A stretch of DNA of 61,215 bases, filler included. It is 9 parts of 9 records of this genome, joined end to end, with 100 filler letters (N's around TTAATTAATTAA, not from the genome) between each part and the next. Parts side by side here need not be neighbours in the genome. Positions count along the whole stretch, not along the records: positions 39,044 to 45,141 come from SRR31147125_131559; positions 45,242 to 55,383 come from SRR31147125_131685; 7 more parts are not named here. One strand, written 5' to 3'. The translations under genes and the position numbers were made by a program. Of the stretch, positions 41,978 through 53,220 are shown one piece after another. The notes under the pieces are model-generated. The model was not told the DNA's origin, made no database searches, and saw only the letters and a program-made list of their open reading frames with translations. Position 1 is the first letter of the stretch. Each line of letters opens with the position of its first letter.

Positions 41978-42117
41978 TCCACCCAACCCACAATTCATAC
42001 GCTTAAATCATTCACATGAATTCTCATGATTCGATTTTTTAAACATAGTGCCATTCAAATCAACAAAGCAATATTATTGATTCATTAACCCATTATCCCC
42101 AAAGAAAGGTATTTCTC

Positions 42118-42678
42118 ATGAAACACGCAACCCGAACCATTTTTCCCAAAAATCTGACCATCACCCTACTATTTGCCGTTGCCGCATGTATGACTTGCAA
42201 CATCCCTTCGGCCGAAGCATTTCTTGACGGCAAATTCAAAAAGGAAGTTGAAAAGGAAAAAGGAGCCGTCAAGCTCGTCCGTGAAGTGCAACGAGGCGGA
42301 TACGACCTGGTGACGACGGATGAATTGAAAGCATGGACTGATGAAAAAAAAGATATGGTTATCATCGACACCATGCCCTATGAAGCCAGTTACAAAAAGG
42401 CCCATGTACCCGGAGCAGAACAATTTCTTTTCCCGATTCCGGATATGCTCACATGGGACAATGCCGAAACAGATGGAAAATCCAAAGAGGCATTTGAAAC
42501 GCTTCTGGGACCGGATAAAAACAAACTCATCGTTATCTATTGCGGATTCGTTAAATGCACCCGAAGCCACAATGGCGCCGTATGGGCGAAGAAATTGGGC
42601 TATAACAATGTGTATCGATATTCCGGAGGAATTTTTGCCTGGAAAGGTGCGGGGTTTGAGATTTCAAAAGTCGAGTGA
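42118..42678 (+). CDS. Exported rhodanese-domain protein
   Basis: Signal peptide, IIDTMP, HVPGA, active-site loop YCGFVKCTRSH, GGIFAWK. Confidence 0.9.
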   Translation: MKHATRTIFPKNLTITLLFAVAACMTCNIPSAEAFLDGKFKKEVEKEKGAVKLVREVQRGGYDLVTTDELKAWTDEKKDMVIIDTMPYEASYKKAHVPGAEQFLFPIPDMLTWDNAETDGKSKEAFETLLGPDKNKLIVIYCGFVKCTRSHNGAVWAKKLGYNNVYRYSGGIFAWKGAGFEISKVE

Positions 42679-42700
42679 TCTTCTCCATCCATTCAAAAAT

Positions 42701-42740
42701 AAGCCTGTAGCGGTTCGACTCAACCCTCACAGGCTTGTTT
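42701..42740 (+). terminator. Probable intrinsic terminator
   Basis: AAGCCTGT...ACAGGCTT stem followed by GTTT after the rhodanese stop. Confidence 0.55.
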
Positions 42741-42954
42741 CAATCCTTTTTTCAGCTTCACCACCCATCCACTTGCTTCCCTTCCTGAAACAATCCGTAT
42801 GGATTTTCTGAATTTGTTGTCAAATCGAATTGGTTCCTCTATGATCCCTTGGCATGATTTACGGACCATAATCATCACCATGGGGCCCCATGCTGATCAG
42901 TCATTGGTCAACGCCATGTGATGCCCTTAAGATTTGATAGGAATTCAACGACCT

Positions 42955-43857
42955 ATGCTCGATCTTTATCAGCTCAAAACTTTCTTTATTTTCGGCAAAG
43001 TACTTAATTTCACCAAAACAGCCCATCTCATGTGTATTACCCAGCCTGCGGTCAGCCACGCCATCAGTAAATTGGAAGCATCGGTGGATGTAAAATTGAT
43101 CGAGAGAAAAGGTCGGCAATTCAGTCTGACAAAAGCGGGCGAAGCATTGCATCGAACCTGCGAGAAGATCTTTTTTCAATTGGAGGCCACTGAAGAGTAT
43201 CTGAAACGCATTGATCAATACAGCACCCAGACCGTCACCGTTGGAAGTACCGTTGAATTCGGCGCCACGGTGTTAATCAAATATATCAAGCGCTTTGTGG
43301 ATCAGCACCCGGAGATCCATCTCAATTTCAATTTTGCCAACTCCCTTAGGGAACCGTTCATTAACGATGAAGTGGATTTCATCATCGATTGTAAGCCTCA
43401 GTCTTTTAAAAACAGTGAAAAATTTAACCTTTTCCACGAGCAGTACGTCACCATCGCCTCTCCCGAGTATGTGAAAAAAAAGAAGATCAAAACCCCCGAG
43501 GATCTAAACAGGATCAATGTGCTTTCAATGGATTCGGATTGTCAATGGTGGGAAAACTTTATTCAGTCCATCACAGGGACCTGTTTCCACTTTCATAAAG
43601 TGACCCGGATTCCCCATATAAGGGGGTTGATCAATGGTGCGCTAGAAGGGTTGGGGGTCTCATTTGTCCCAAGATATACGGTGATCGATGAGTTGAAAAA
43701 AGGAAGGCTGGTCGACCCGTTCCCGGATGTGAAACCCAAGGCCGATATGTTCTGCATTCATATAAAGACGGAGAAACTGAACATCGGAAAAAACAAGTTG
43801 GTGGTGGATTATTTGCGGACGATCAAGCCGTCGCAATTTGGGGAAGAGAGACAATGA
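42955..43857 (+). CDS. LysR-family transcriptional regulator
   Basis: LYQLKTF..NFTKTAHLMCITQPAVSHAISKLE HTH plus substrate-binding domain. Confidence 0.95.
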   Translation: MLDLYQLKTFFIFGKVLNFTKTAHLMCITQPAVSHAISKLEASVDVKLIERKGRQFSLTKAGEALHRTCEKIFFQLEATEEYLKRIDQYSTQTVTVGSTVEFGATVLIKYIKRFVDQHPEIHLNFNFANSLREPFINDEVDFIIDCKPQSFKNSEKFNLFHEQYVTIASPEYVKKKKIKTPEDLNRINVLSMDSDCQWWENFIQSITGTCFHFHKVTRIPHIRGLINGALEGLGVSFVPRYTVIDELKKGRLVDPFPDVKPKADMFCIHIKTEKLNIGKNKLVVDYLRTIKPSQFGEERQ

Positions 43858-43946
43858 CGTGATTTTGAAACGTATTTCTATCTTATCTCTCCCCCCAAGG
43901 AAGAAATAAGAGAGTGGCCGAAGACAGCACCACTCTCTGTCGAAAT

Positions 43947-45141
43947 CTAAATATCAAACTTAATTCCCTGGGCAAGGGGAAGCCCTTTTCCATAGTTGAT
44001 GGTATTGGTTTGCCGTCTCATATACCCCTTCCAGGCATCGGATCCGGATTCTCTACCCCCGCCGGTCTCTTTTTCTCCGCCGAATGCGCCGCCGATCTCC
44101 GCACCGGATGTTCCGATATTGACATTGGCGATACCGCAATCAGAGCCGCAATGGGAGAGGAACGTCTCCGATTCCTGGAGATTGTCCGTAAAGATGGCGG
44201 ATGAGAGGCCCTGTACCACATCATTGTTGAGGTCAATGGCATTCTCCACATCGCCGGAGTATTTGATGAGGTATAGGATCGGCACAAAAGTCTCTTCCTG
44301 AACAATGGGATAATGGTTTTCCGCTTCGGCAATGACCGGAGTCACATAGCAGCCGGACTCATACCCCTCCCCTTCCAGGACGTCACCGCCCGTCAGAACA
44401 GTCCCTCCCTGTGCTTTCAAAGCATCCAATGCATTCAGATAATCCTGCACTGCGCCTTTATCGATCAAGGGGCCCATGTGATTGGCTTCATCCATGGGCG
44501 TTCCGATCTTGACGGTTTTGTATGCACTGACCAGAAGCGCTTTAATCTGATCGTAAATAGACTCATGAACAATCACACGGCGTGTGGTGGTGCACCGCTG
44601 CCCTGCCGTTCCCACAGCAGAAAAGACAACCGCCGGTACGGCCAGCTTCAAGTTGGCCGACGGGGTCATGATGATGGCGTTGTTGCCGCCCAATTCCAGG
44701 ATGGCACGACCGAACCGTTTGGCAATCACCTCCGCCCCCCGGCGTCCCACCCGTGTGGACCCGGTAATGGAAACCAGGGGAAGACGGTTGTCATTGAGCA
44801 TCCCTTCACCCACCTCGGAGCCCCTGCCGACAATCATGGAGAAAAGCCCTTCTGGCAATTCATTGGCTTCGATGACCGGTTTGAGGATGTTTTGAACTGC
44901 AATGGCGGTTAGCGGCGTCTTGGATGAGGGTTTCCAGATGTTGACATCGCCGCAGACCGCTCCAATCATGGCATTCCACGACCAGACCGCTACCGGAAAA
45001 TTGAATGCGGTGATGATGCCCACAGCGCCAAGCGGATGGTATTGATCATAAAGCCGGTGATCTTCGCGCTCAGAATGAATGGTGGCGCCGTAAAGCTGGC
45101 GGGATTGGCCCACGGCAAAATCACAGATATCGATCATCTCC
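43947..45141 (-). CDS. Aldehyde dehydrogenase, ALDH7/antiquitin-like, 5' truncated
   Basis: [48 protein letters not shown]. Confidence 0.93.
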
Positions 45142-45241
45142 NNNNNNNNNNNNNNNNNNNNNNNNNNNNNNNNNNNNNNNNNNNNTTAATTAATTAANNN
45201 NNNNNNNNNNNNNNNNNNNNNNNNNNNNNNNNNNNNNNNNN
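45142..45241. other. Artificial contig spacer
   Basis: N44-TTAATTAATTAA-N44. Confidence 0.99.
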
Positions 45242-46197
45242 CAATTGGCATCTTCCCCGAACATGGCGGTTTTTACCAGGTTCGATGTAATAATCGATTT
45301 TGCCATGAGGGCGGCATCATCATCGGAGGCAGCACCGCTTACGGCGGCCTCAATAAATTTACTTGCTCCTTCCCCGTCGCGTACAATCTGCTTGGCAAGA
45401 TAGGCATGCACATAATCGAAAGCCTGTTTGAATAACGCTGAATCCTCACAATCGTCAGTAAGCTGGGCTGTCCCGGAAGTTCTGTTTGCCAGTGCCAATA
45501 CGGTGTCATTGGTACTGGTGTCGCCATCAACGGAAATCATATTGTAAGACGTGCTGACAGAGTTGCCCAGCAGCTGCTGCAGTACAGCGGCATCGACATT
45601 GGCATCGGTGATAATAAAGGAGAGCAGGGTGGCCATGTTGGGATGAATCATTCCCGACCCCTTCGCGATACCCGCCACCGTTACCGGTTTGCCATCAATC
45701 ATGACCTCTACCGCGATCTCTTTGGTGAAGGTGTCGGTGGTAAGAATAGCCTCGGCTGCATTACCGGCTGACGGTCTTTCGTCTCCCATTTCGGATACGG
45801 CCTGTTTGATGCCTTTCGTGATGATCGGCATCGGCAGCGGTACACCGATCACACCGGTAGAGCAGACCAGAATCTGCTGCGCGTCCGCATTACCGATTTC
45901 AGCCGCTAATGATTCTGCCATAGCTTTGGTATCAGTCAATCCCTGCGGACCGGTGCAGGCATTTGCGTTGCCGCTGTTCACCACAATCCCCCGGATCCCT
46001 GCGCCTGACCCGATTATCTCTTTATCATAGACTACCGGAGCGGCCTGAACTTTATTCAAGGTGAAGGCACCGGCTGCCGCACATGCGTTTTCACTGACTA
46101 TAACTGCTATATCTTTTTTGCTTTTCTTTACTCCGGCATGGATACCCGCGAACATAAATCCTTTAACGTTTTCCAAACCGCCATCTAATATTTTCAT
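45242..46197 (-). CDS. argJ: Ornithine acetyltransferase ArgJ, 3' truncated
   Basis: NSGNANACTG, STGVIG, KGSGMIHPNMATLL, DGDTSTNDT, RDGEGA. Confidence 0.96.
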
Positions 46198-46298
46198 ACC
46201 TGTTCTCCCGATTGCCGTATCGCAATTCTGAAGCATTCCGGTAAAATTGATACCCGGAACCCGTTGTATACGCAAACTGAGGCTGCAAGAGCCTTAGC

Positions 46299-47381
46299 TC
46301 ATGGAAAGAGGGGAATTGCCCCCAATCCCTGCTGTTCATCATATCCAAACACTATATTCATGTTTTGGACTGCCTGCCCGGAAGCTCCCTTTACCAGATT
46401 GTCTATGGCGCCAACAGCAATAATGCGATTGGTCCGGGAATCGATCGTGAAACCAATATCACAGAAATTCGATCCCTTAACCCAGCGTGTTTCCGGTAAA
46501 GTTCCGGCCGGCAGGAGACGGATAAATGGTTCATTGCCGTACAGTGAACCATATGCCTCCTTGACCGCGAGTTCAACGGCTGCCTTTGCGGCAGCATCTT
46601 TCATATCCATTTTCAGGTCGGCATACGCCGTTACCAGTATGCCCCTGTTCATGGGAATCAGGTGAGGGGTGAAATTCAGCACGATCTCCTGTCCGGCCGC
46701 TGCCGTGAGCTGTTCCTCGATTTCAGGCGTGTGACGATGACTTGCCACCCCATATGCCTTGATAGATTCATTGCATTCGGTAAGTAGAGAGCCGGTTTTT
46801 GCCGCCCGGCCTGCTCCGGACACACCCGATTTCGCGTCAATGATAATGGATGCCGGATCAATTAATTCAGCTGTCAGAAGCGGTGCCAGAGTGAGGATTG
46901 AACAGGTTGTGTAGCATCCCGGATTCGCAATCAGCCGTGACTCTTTTACCGCATCACGGGCAAGTTCACACAATCCGTATACAGCTTGAGGCAGCAGTTC
47001 AGGTGAACCATGCTCGGTTTTATACCACTTCTCATAGATCGATAGATCAGAAAGCCTGTAATCGGCACCGAGATCGATGATAACACAATCCTCTAGTACC
47101 TCCGGAGTTACCTGGTGTGATGCCAGACCATGCGGTAATGCAAGAAACAGCACATCACAGCGCTTGGCGGCCTGCTGTATATCGATATCCTCAAATATCT
47201 GTACAGGTGCGGTGCTGTCAGCAGACAGCAGATTTCCGTACACCGACGCAAACGATTTTCCTGCATAGCTTCTGGAAGTTATCAGCTCGATAGTTACATC
47301 CGGATGTCCGGAGAGGAGTCTGTAGAGTTCCTGGCCCGTATATCCGGACCCGCCAATTATTCCCGCTTTCATCATTTCCAC
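46299..47381 (-). CDS. argC: N-acetyl-gamma-glutamyl-phosphate reductase
   Basis: GGSGYTG, IANPGCYTT, SGVSGAGR, HRHTPEI, IDNLVKGASGQAVQNMN. Confidence 0.97.
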   Translation of the reverse strand: MEMMKAGIIGGSGYTGQELYRLLSGHPDVTIELITSRSYAGKSFASVYGNLLSADSTAPVQIFEDIDIQQAAKRCDVLFLALPHGLASHQVTPEVLEDCVIIDLGADYRLSDLSIYEKWYKTEHGSPELLPQAVYGLCELARDAVKESRLIANPGCYTTCSILTLAPLLTAELIDPASIIIDAKSGVSGAGRAAKTGSLLTECNESIKAYGVASHRHTPEIEEQLTAAAGQEIVLNFTPHLIPMNRGILVTAYADLKMDMKDAAAKAAVELAVKEAYGSLYGNEPFIRLLPAGTLPETRWVKGSNFCDIGFTIDSRTNRIIAVGAIDNLVKGASGQAVQNMNIVFGYDEQQGLGAIPLFP

Positions 47382-47423
47382 TGCCTTTTTCTACCTTGGC
47401 AGAACCTTGTTCGAGGCTCCGCT

Positions 47424-47531
47424 TGTATAAATATACGTATAAAACGCTGAATTTTCCCATATTATACATATTTATTCGTAAAAGTATACCAGGGAATGCA
47501 TAAATATTTAAAAATATGCGATAAATATTCC
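47424..47531. promoter_or_regulatory. Cluster of ArgR-type ARG boxes upstream of argC
   Basis: TGTATAAATATACG (47424), TACATATTTATTCG (47465), TGCATAAATATTTA (47497), GCGATAAATATTCC (47518). The last two are 21 bp apart, like tandem ARG boxes. Confidence 0.7.
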
Positions 47532-47689
47532 ATTTTCCATGTCTGGGTCCCGTTGCCGGAGAAAAACAAGAAACCACTCATTTTACGAAAGGGGTTGACG
47601 ATTGACTACTCTCACAGGATAATATTCTGATATTACCCAAATCAATGGAAATATCCTTGATGACGGGAACCAAATAAAAGGGAGAATAT

Positions 47690-49471
47690 ATGGATCAATT
47701 GCCTCTATGGTCATTGAAAGAGATATATGCCGATTTTACGTCAGCAGAATATACACATGATATGCAGCTGCTTCTGGAAACCTGTAAAAGGCTTGATGAA
47801 AAGCTGAAAACCAATCCGGAATCGGAAGACCGGGCCGCATCCTGGCTGGTCGAAGCCGTAAACGATTATAACCGCATAATGGCCACCTATGAAAATCTGG
47901 AAGCCTATGCCTATACCCGCTTTTCCACCAACACGCGTGATGAAGCAGCCGTTAAGGGGCTGAATCAGGTAGAGGAAATCGCGCTGACCGTGAAAGCCGT
48001 GGATGTCACCATGAAGAACAGGCTTTCTGAAGTGGTCGGTGAGAAACTGGACGCGATACTGCCCAAGGAACCAATTTTGGCCTCCTATCGTTTTGTTCTG
48101 GAAGAGATGCTCAAAGAGCAGCAGCATATGATGGGAGAGGCAGAGGAGTCATTGGCTGCCGATCTTGGAAGATCCGGCGGAGACGCCTGGGGCCGGCTGC
48201 AGGAAGCCATCTCTTCAACAGCTTCAACCGTATGGGATGAAGAAAGCGGTGAAGAGAAAACCGTTATTGCCCTGCGCGCCCTGGCTTACGACAGCGACAG
48301 GGCTGTGCGTGAAAAGGCATTTAAGAAAGAGCTGCAGATATGGAAACAGCATGAAATACCACTGGCATTTGCCCTGAATGGAGTGAAGGGTACTACAATC
48401 GCCCTGAATAGACGACGCAGCTACGAAAGCAGTCTTGAAAAATCCATACATCAGGCACGGATTACCAGAAAAACACTTGATTCACTGATACAAGCCATGG
48501 AAGAATCCCTTCCCATGTTCCGTGAATATCTGGAGCTGAAAGCCGGAGCTCTGGGTGTGGATACCCTAGCATTCTACGATATCTTTGCACCGATAAGTAC
48601 CAAAGCCAAGGTCTGGACATTTGAGGAGGCCAAAAGCTTTATCATAGAGAACTTCACTGATTTCCATCCCGGTATGGGAGCTTTTGCGAAGATGGCGTTC
48701 GATTCAGCCTGGATCGATGCAAGACCGCGGGACGGTAAAGTGGGCGGTGCCTACTGCATCTCCTTCCCGCTTCAGAAACAGACCAGAGTGCTGTGCAACT
48801 TTGACGGAAGTCTTTCAGCAGTCTCCACCGTTGCGCATGAACTGGGACACGCCTATCACAGTTATGTCCTGAAGGATGAACCAGCTTTAATAGCCGAATA
48901 CCCGATGACACTGGCAGAAACCGCATCAATTTTTGCCGAGACCATTATATTTACCAGCGCCCTGAAGCAGGCCGATACCGAAGAGCGGGTACTGATTATG
49001 GAAACGTTCCTGCAGGAATCCACTCAGGTTATTGTGGATATCCTGAGTCGCTTCTATTTTGAACGGGAACTCTTTTCCCGACGCGCAGATGCCGAACTGA
49101 TGCCGGACGTCTTGTGTGGGATGATGCAGGACGCGCAGCTGAAGACATACGGCAGCGCGCTTGACAGCGAACAGCTGCATCCCTATATGTGGGCGGTGAA
49201 AGGGCACTATTACAGTACTGGATTATCCTTCTACAATTTTCCCTATGCATTCGGACAGCTGTTTGGACTGGGCCTCTATGCCAAGTATCAGCAGGAGGGT
49301 CCCGAATTTAGACATACCTATGATGATCTCCTGCTGAAAACCGGGCGGGAATCAGCTGTCGATGTAACAAAATCAGCCGGATTTTCCATCGAAACACCAG
49401 ACTTCTGGCGAAGCGGTATAGATGTAATTCGACAGTTTAAAGACGATTTTAAAAAGGCACTTAAGAAATAG
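47690..49471 (+). CDS. M3B oligoendopeptidase F family
   Basis: WIDA.PR.GK.GGAYC, TVAHELGHAYH (HExxH), LAETASIFAE, FYNFPYAFG. Confidence 0.95.
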   Translation: MDQLPLWSLKEIYADFTSAEYTHDMQLLLETCKRLDEKLKTNPESEDRAASWLVEAVNDYNRIMATYENLEAYAYTRFSTNTRDEAAVKGLNQVEEIALTVKAVDVTMKNRLSEVVGEKLDAILPKEPILASYRFVLEEMLKEQQHMMGEAEESLAADLGRSGGDAWGRLQEAISSTASTVWDEESGEEKTVIALRALAYDSDRAVREKAFKKELQIWKQHEIPLAFALNGVKGTTIALNRRRSYESSLEKSIHQARITRKTLDSLIQAMEESLPMFREYLELKAGALGVDTLAFYDIFAPISTKAKVWTFEEAKSFIIENFTDFHPGMGAFAKMAFDSAWIDARPRDGKVGGAYCISFPLQKQTRVLCNFDGSLSAVSTVAHELGHAYHSYVLKDEPALIAEYPMTLAETASIFAETIIFTSALKQADTEERVLIMETFLQESTQVIVDILSRFYFERELFSRRADAELMPDVLCGMMQDAQLKTYGSALDSEQLHPYMWAVKGHYYSTGLSFYNFPYAFGQLFGLGLYAKYQQEGPEFRHTYDDLLLKTGRESAVDVTKSAGFSIETPDFWRSGIDVIRQFKDDFKKALKK

Positions 49472-49481
49472 GAGTTTTTAA

Positions 49482-50711
49482 GTGGGGAAAGAGTTTATAA
49501 CTACCAAGAAATCCGAAGAGCTGTACAAAAACGCGAAACTTACGAATAACCGCGTACTGAAACATATTGCCCTGGTGCAGTACCTTATCGAACAGAATCA
49601 GGCTGAGAGTCCGGGTTTTGGATGGGAGAACCTGCCCTGGCTGATCCAGTATTACCCGCTTATCATGAAATATATCTGGCATATGAAAAAAGTGTCGGCC
49701 CTGAATCCGGGAATGGATGGTATTGGAGGACTGATCGGTGCATCGAAAATCGATATTTTTTCTCATCTCGCCTCAAGATCGTATGCCCGGACACTGTTTA
49801 TAAAAGCCGGTACCGGCAGTGAAAGCCTGCTGAAAAGTATGGGTGACATACACGCGGATTTCCCGCAGAACCCGGTTATCTGCAAACCCAATATGGGGGA
49901 GCGTTCAATAAATGTCGCGAAAGTGCGTAATTTAGGGGAGCTGCTGAAGTATCACGCGAAAGCTGATTTTGATTATCTGATCCAGGAGTATATACCGGGT
50001 CCGGATGAATTTGGAGTAAGCTGCTTCAGAAATCTGAAAACGAGGCGATTGGAAATTGCCGCTGTCGTAAACAGAAGGCTTGCGAAAGCGGTCGGAGATG
50101 GAAAATCTACCATTAAAGAGCTTCTTTTGCAGACCGACCTGGAACCTGCATATAAAGAGAAAATCCTGGCCTGCTATGACGAAAATCAGGCTGGCGTGGT
50201 ACCTGACAGCGGAGCTGTTGTCATGCTCAGTCCAGTAGCATCTCTAGCCTATGGTACAGTAATTGAAGAGATTAAACGCGAAGATTTCCCGCAAGGGTTT
50301 GAAAAACTGGAAAATGATATTAACGACCTCTGTGTCAATGATCAGGGGGTTGCCTTCGATGGTTTCAATTACGGTCGTTTTGACTATCGCGCGGCAAATA
50401 TACAGGCTTTGTTCAATGGAGAAGGTAAAATACTGGAACTGAACGGGGCGGCGGCTATGGCACTGCACGCGTGCGTTCCAGACCTGCCAATAGAAAATCG
50501 CTATCAGATATTCCAGGAATTTTTTGACCGTATGCTCAAGATTTGTGAATTCAATCGGATGAACCGTAAAGGTCATTACATGCATATCCTGAAACTGTAC
50601 AGACGTGCTAAAACAGGCTTACAGCGGACCGATATTCAGCGGGATGCTTTGAAAGCCTCGACCAGAGAAATTCATCAGGCGCGCCGAACCTTGCGGAAAC
50701 AGTACCGCTGA
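49482..50711 (+). CDS. Uncharacterised ATP-grasp carboxylate-amine ligase
   Basis: PVICKPNMGER, YLIQEYI, VGDGKSTIKEL, GRFDY, ILELNG ATP-grasp motifs. Confidence 0.8.
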   Translation: MGKEFITTKKSEELYKNAKLTNNRVLKHIALVQYLIEQNQAESPGFGWENLPWLIQYYPLIMKYIWHMKKVSALNPGMDGIGGLIGASKIDIFSHLASRSYARTLFIKAGTGSESLLKSMGDIHADFPQNPVICKPNMGERSINVAKVRNLGELLKYHAKADFDYLIQEYIPGPDEFGVSCFRNLKTRRLEIAAVVNRRLAKAVGDGKSTIKELLLQTDLEPAYKEKILACYDENQAGVVPDSGAVVMLSPVASLAYGTVIEEIKREDFPQGFEKLENDINDLCVNDQGVAFDGFNYGRFDYRAANIQALFNGEGKILELNGAAAMALHACVPDLPIENRYQIFQEFFDRMLKICEFNRMNRKGHYMHILKLYRRAKTGLQRTDIQRDALKASTREIHQARRTLRKQYR

Positions 50712-50753
50712 ACTGCTTGACAATAATATCACTGTAACAGTGGAGGTCTGCGA

Positions 50754-51929
50754 ATGATTACAGCTCTTTGGATACTTCTCTACCTTGCACTGCCTGCCGG
50801 GGTTCTCCTTTTGTGCGGCAAAGTGAAAATTCTCGATACAATTGGTCCGGTAGTAGTCTGCTACATTATCGGAATAGTGCTCGGAAATATCGGTATACTT
50901 CCGGAAAATATCTTTGATACCCAGGATCTGCTGACAACATTGACCGTTCCGCTGGCTCTGCCGCTCATCTTTTTCTCAATGGATCTCGGCGGATGGAAAA
51001 ACCAGGCAGGTGTTGTCGTAAAGGCCTTTGTCGGCGCATTTATTGCGATTATAATAGCCTCCGCACTTGCATTTATCTTCTTTCGGGAGGTTATCGGCGG
51101 TGATGTGTGGAAAGTGGCCGGAATGCTTATCGGGGTCTACACGGGCGGTACTCCCAATATGGCCTCAATCGGCACAGCTCTGCAGGTGGATTCCTCCAGC
51201 TATCTGGCGGTACATGGCGCCGATGTTGTTGTGGGGGGAATACTGCTTTTCACCCTGATCTCTTTCGTCCCGAACATGCTGCGCCGTCTGTTACCGCTAT
51301 ACCAGCCACAAGCTGCTGGTGTGGGACAAGATTCGGATGTACAGGATGAGGCAGATGAGCAGATGCTGTTTACTCCGCATTTCACCGGATTTGCACGAAA
51401 GGATCTGCTGCCTGCTGCTAAGGCTGTCGGCTTATCGGTGATTATATTCGGAGTTGGCGGTGGTTTCAGCTTTGTGGTTCCCGAAGCATATGCAACCCTG
51501 ACAGCAATATTAATTATTACCACCTTAGGAGTCATTGGATCCCGGTTCAGACAACTCAGGAACATACGATTCACATTCCAAACCGGTCACTACCTGCTGC
51601 TTGTGTTCTCATTGGTGGTGAGTTCAATGGCAGATGTACGGAAACTGACCGATACGGCTCCGATATTCATGCTCTATATTGCCGTTCTACTGGTCCTGAC
51701 TCTTATAATTCATACCATCATTTCGAAATTCCTGAAGGTTGATGCCGATACCCATCTGATTACCGCCACGGCATTGATCTATTCACCACCTTTTGTTCCC
51801 GTTGTTGCTGCTGCGCTGAAAAACAAACGTGTGATCATGGCAGGCATGATATCCGGCATCGCCGGCTGGGTTATCGGTAATTATCTTGGAATTGGATTCG
51901 GATACTTGCTGTATGGTATATTCTACTGA
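50754..51929 (+). CDS. DUF819-family multi-pass membrane protein
   Basis: About 11-12 hydrophobic segments; [10 protein letters not shown] and [17 protein letters not shown] motifs. Confidence 0.82.
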   Translation: MITALWILLYLALPAGVLLLCGKVKILDTIGPVVVCYIIGIVLGNIGILPENIFDTQDLLTTLTVPLALPLIFFSMDLGGWKNQAGVVVKAFVGAFIAIIIASALAFIFFREVIGGDVWKVAGMLIGVYTGGTPNMASIGTALQVDSSSYLAVHGADVVVGGILLFTLISFVPNMLRRLLPLYQPQAAGVGQDSDVQDEADEQMLFTPHFTGFARKDLLPAAKAVGLSVIIFGVGGGFSFVVPEAYATLTAILIITTLGVIGSRFRQLRNIRFTFQTGHYLLLVFSLVVSSMADVRKLTDTAPIFMLYIAVLLVLTLIIHTIISKFLKVDADTHLITATALIYSPPFVPVVAAALKNKRVIMAGMISGIAGWVIGNYLGIGFGYLLYGIFY

Positions 51930-51953
51930 TACGGATCTAAAGGAGCTGGATAT

Positions 51954-53199
51954 ATGTCTAATGAAAATATCACCGTAACAATTGAGAAACTGGTGCAGGG
52001 AGGTGCCGGTCTGGCACGTACAGAAAACGGCGTTGTTTTCGTGCATGGCGCTTTGCCCGGTGAAACAGTTGAATGTCGAGTACTGAAACGCAAGAAGGAC
52101 TACCTGTTCTGCGATACGGTTTCTATCAGTAATCCATCTCCCATGCGCTCAGAACCAGTCTGCTCCCTCTACGGAATTTGCGGCGGCTGCGATTTCCAGC
52201 ATATTAAAAGCTCGCTTCAGGCAGGCTTGAAAGCAGAAATTGTAAGGGAAAATCTGAAACGATTCGGAAAGATCGATATGCAGGACACTATCCCTGTCAA
52301 TAGCGGCAGTCCGGCTGCATACCGTTCCCGGGCAAGATTTCAGGTTGATGCGGATAACGGCACTGCAGGATTCTTCAAAAGAAACTCAAGTTCACTGGTA
52401 GCGGTGGAGAGCTGTCCTGTTCTGATACCGCAGTTGAACCAGGCGCTGCAGGAACGCGATCTGCTGCTTTCAGCGGCTCGATCCAGAACTAAATCCCAAC
52501 AGCGGAAGGGAACTCATGGAGGTTCCCATAAAGGCAGTCCTCGCAGCAGAAATTATCGAAGAGGGGGGCTCGCGGCGGTAGCGGCGATAGATTCGGCCGA
52601 GTTTCTCCTGGAGTCTATGCCTCGGCCAATGCTAATAGGTATGCGATCGGGCATGAAGAGATCATTATGACGGTGAATGGTATGGACCTGTTTACTGAGC
52701 CTGAAGTTTTCTTTCAATCGAATGTACCGCTATTCGGAAAACTGCTTGATAATTTCCTGGAGGGACTGGAGGGAAAATTGCCGTAGACCTCTACTCAGGA
52801 GTAGGAGCGATAGCGGCTTTTCTTGAACCTCGTTTTTCACAAGTTACTGCAGTAGAGCAGGATAAAAGATGTCTGCAGTATGCCCGTAGAAATTTACGCG
52901 ATTCAACCAGAATTGTAACCAAGTCGGTTGAGCACTGGGCAGCCGGTATAACCAGACAAGAAGGCATCGATTTGCTTGCAGTTGACCCACCCAGGACCGG
53001 ACTGTCAAAAGAGATATATACCCAATTGGAAAACCTGATGCCGGAAATGCTGCTCTATGTCTCCTGTGATTCGGTTTCATTCAGCCGCGACTGCAATGTG
53101 CTTATACATAGACTGGGATACAAGCTGCAGCGATTGGAAGCGTACGATTTTTATCCCCAGACATCACATCTGGAAACGGCAGCCATCTTTACTCGCTGA
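51954..53199 (+). CDS. TrmA/RlmD-family RNA (uracil-5)-methyltransferase with TRAM domain (several frameshifts)
   Basis: [58 protein letters not shown]. Confidence 0.88.
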
Positions 53200-53220
53200 A
53201 GAAGTGGAATACTGCCGATA

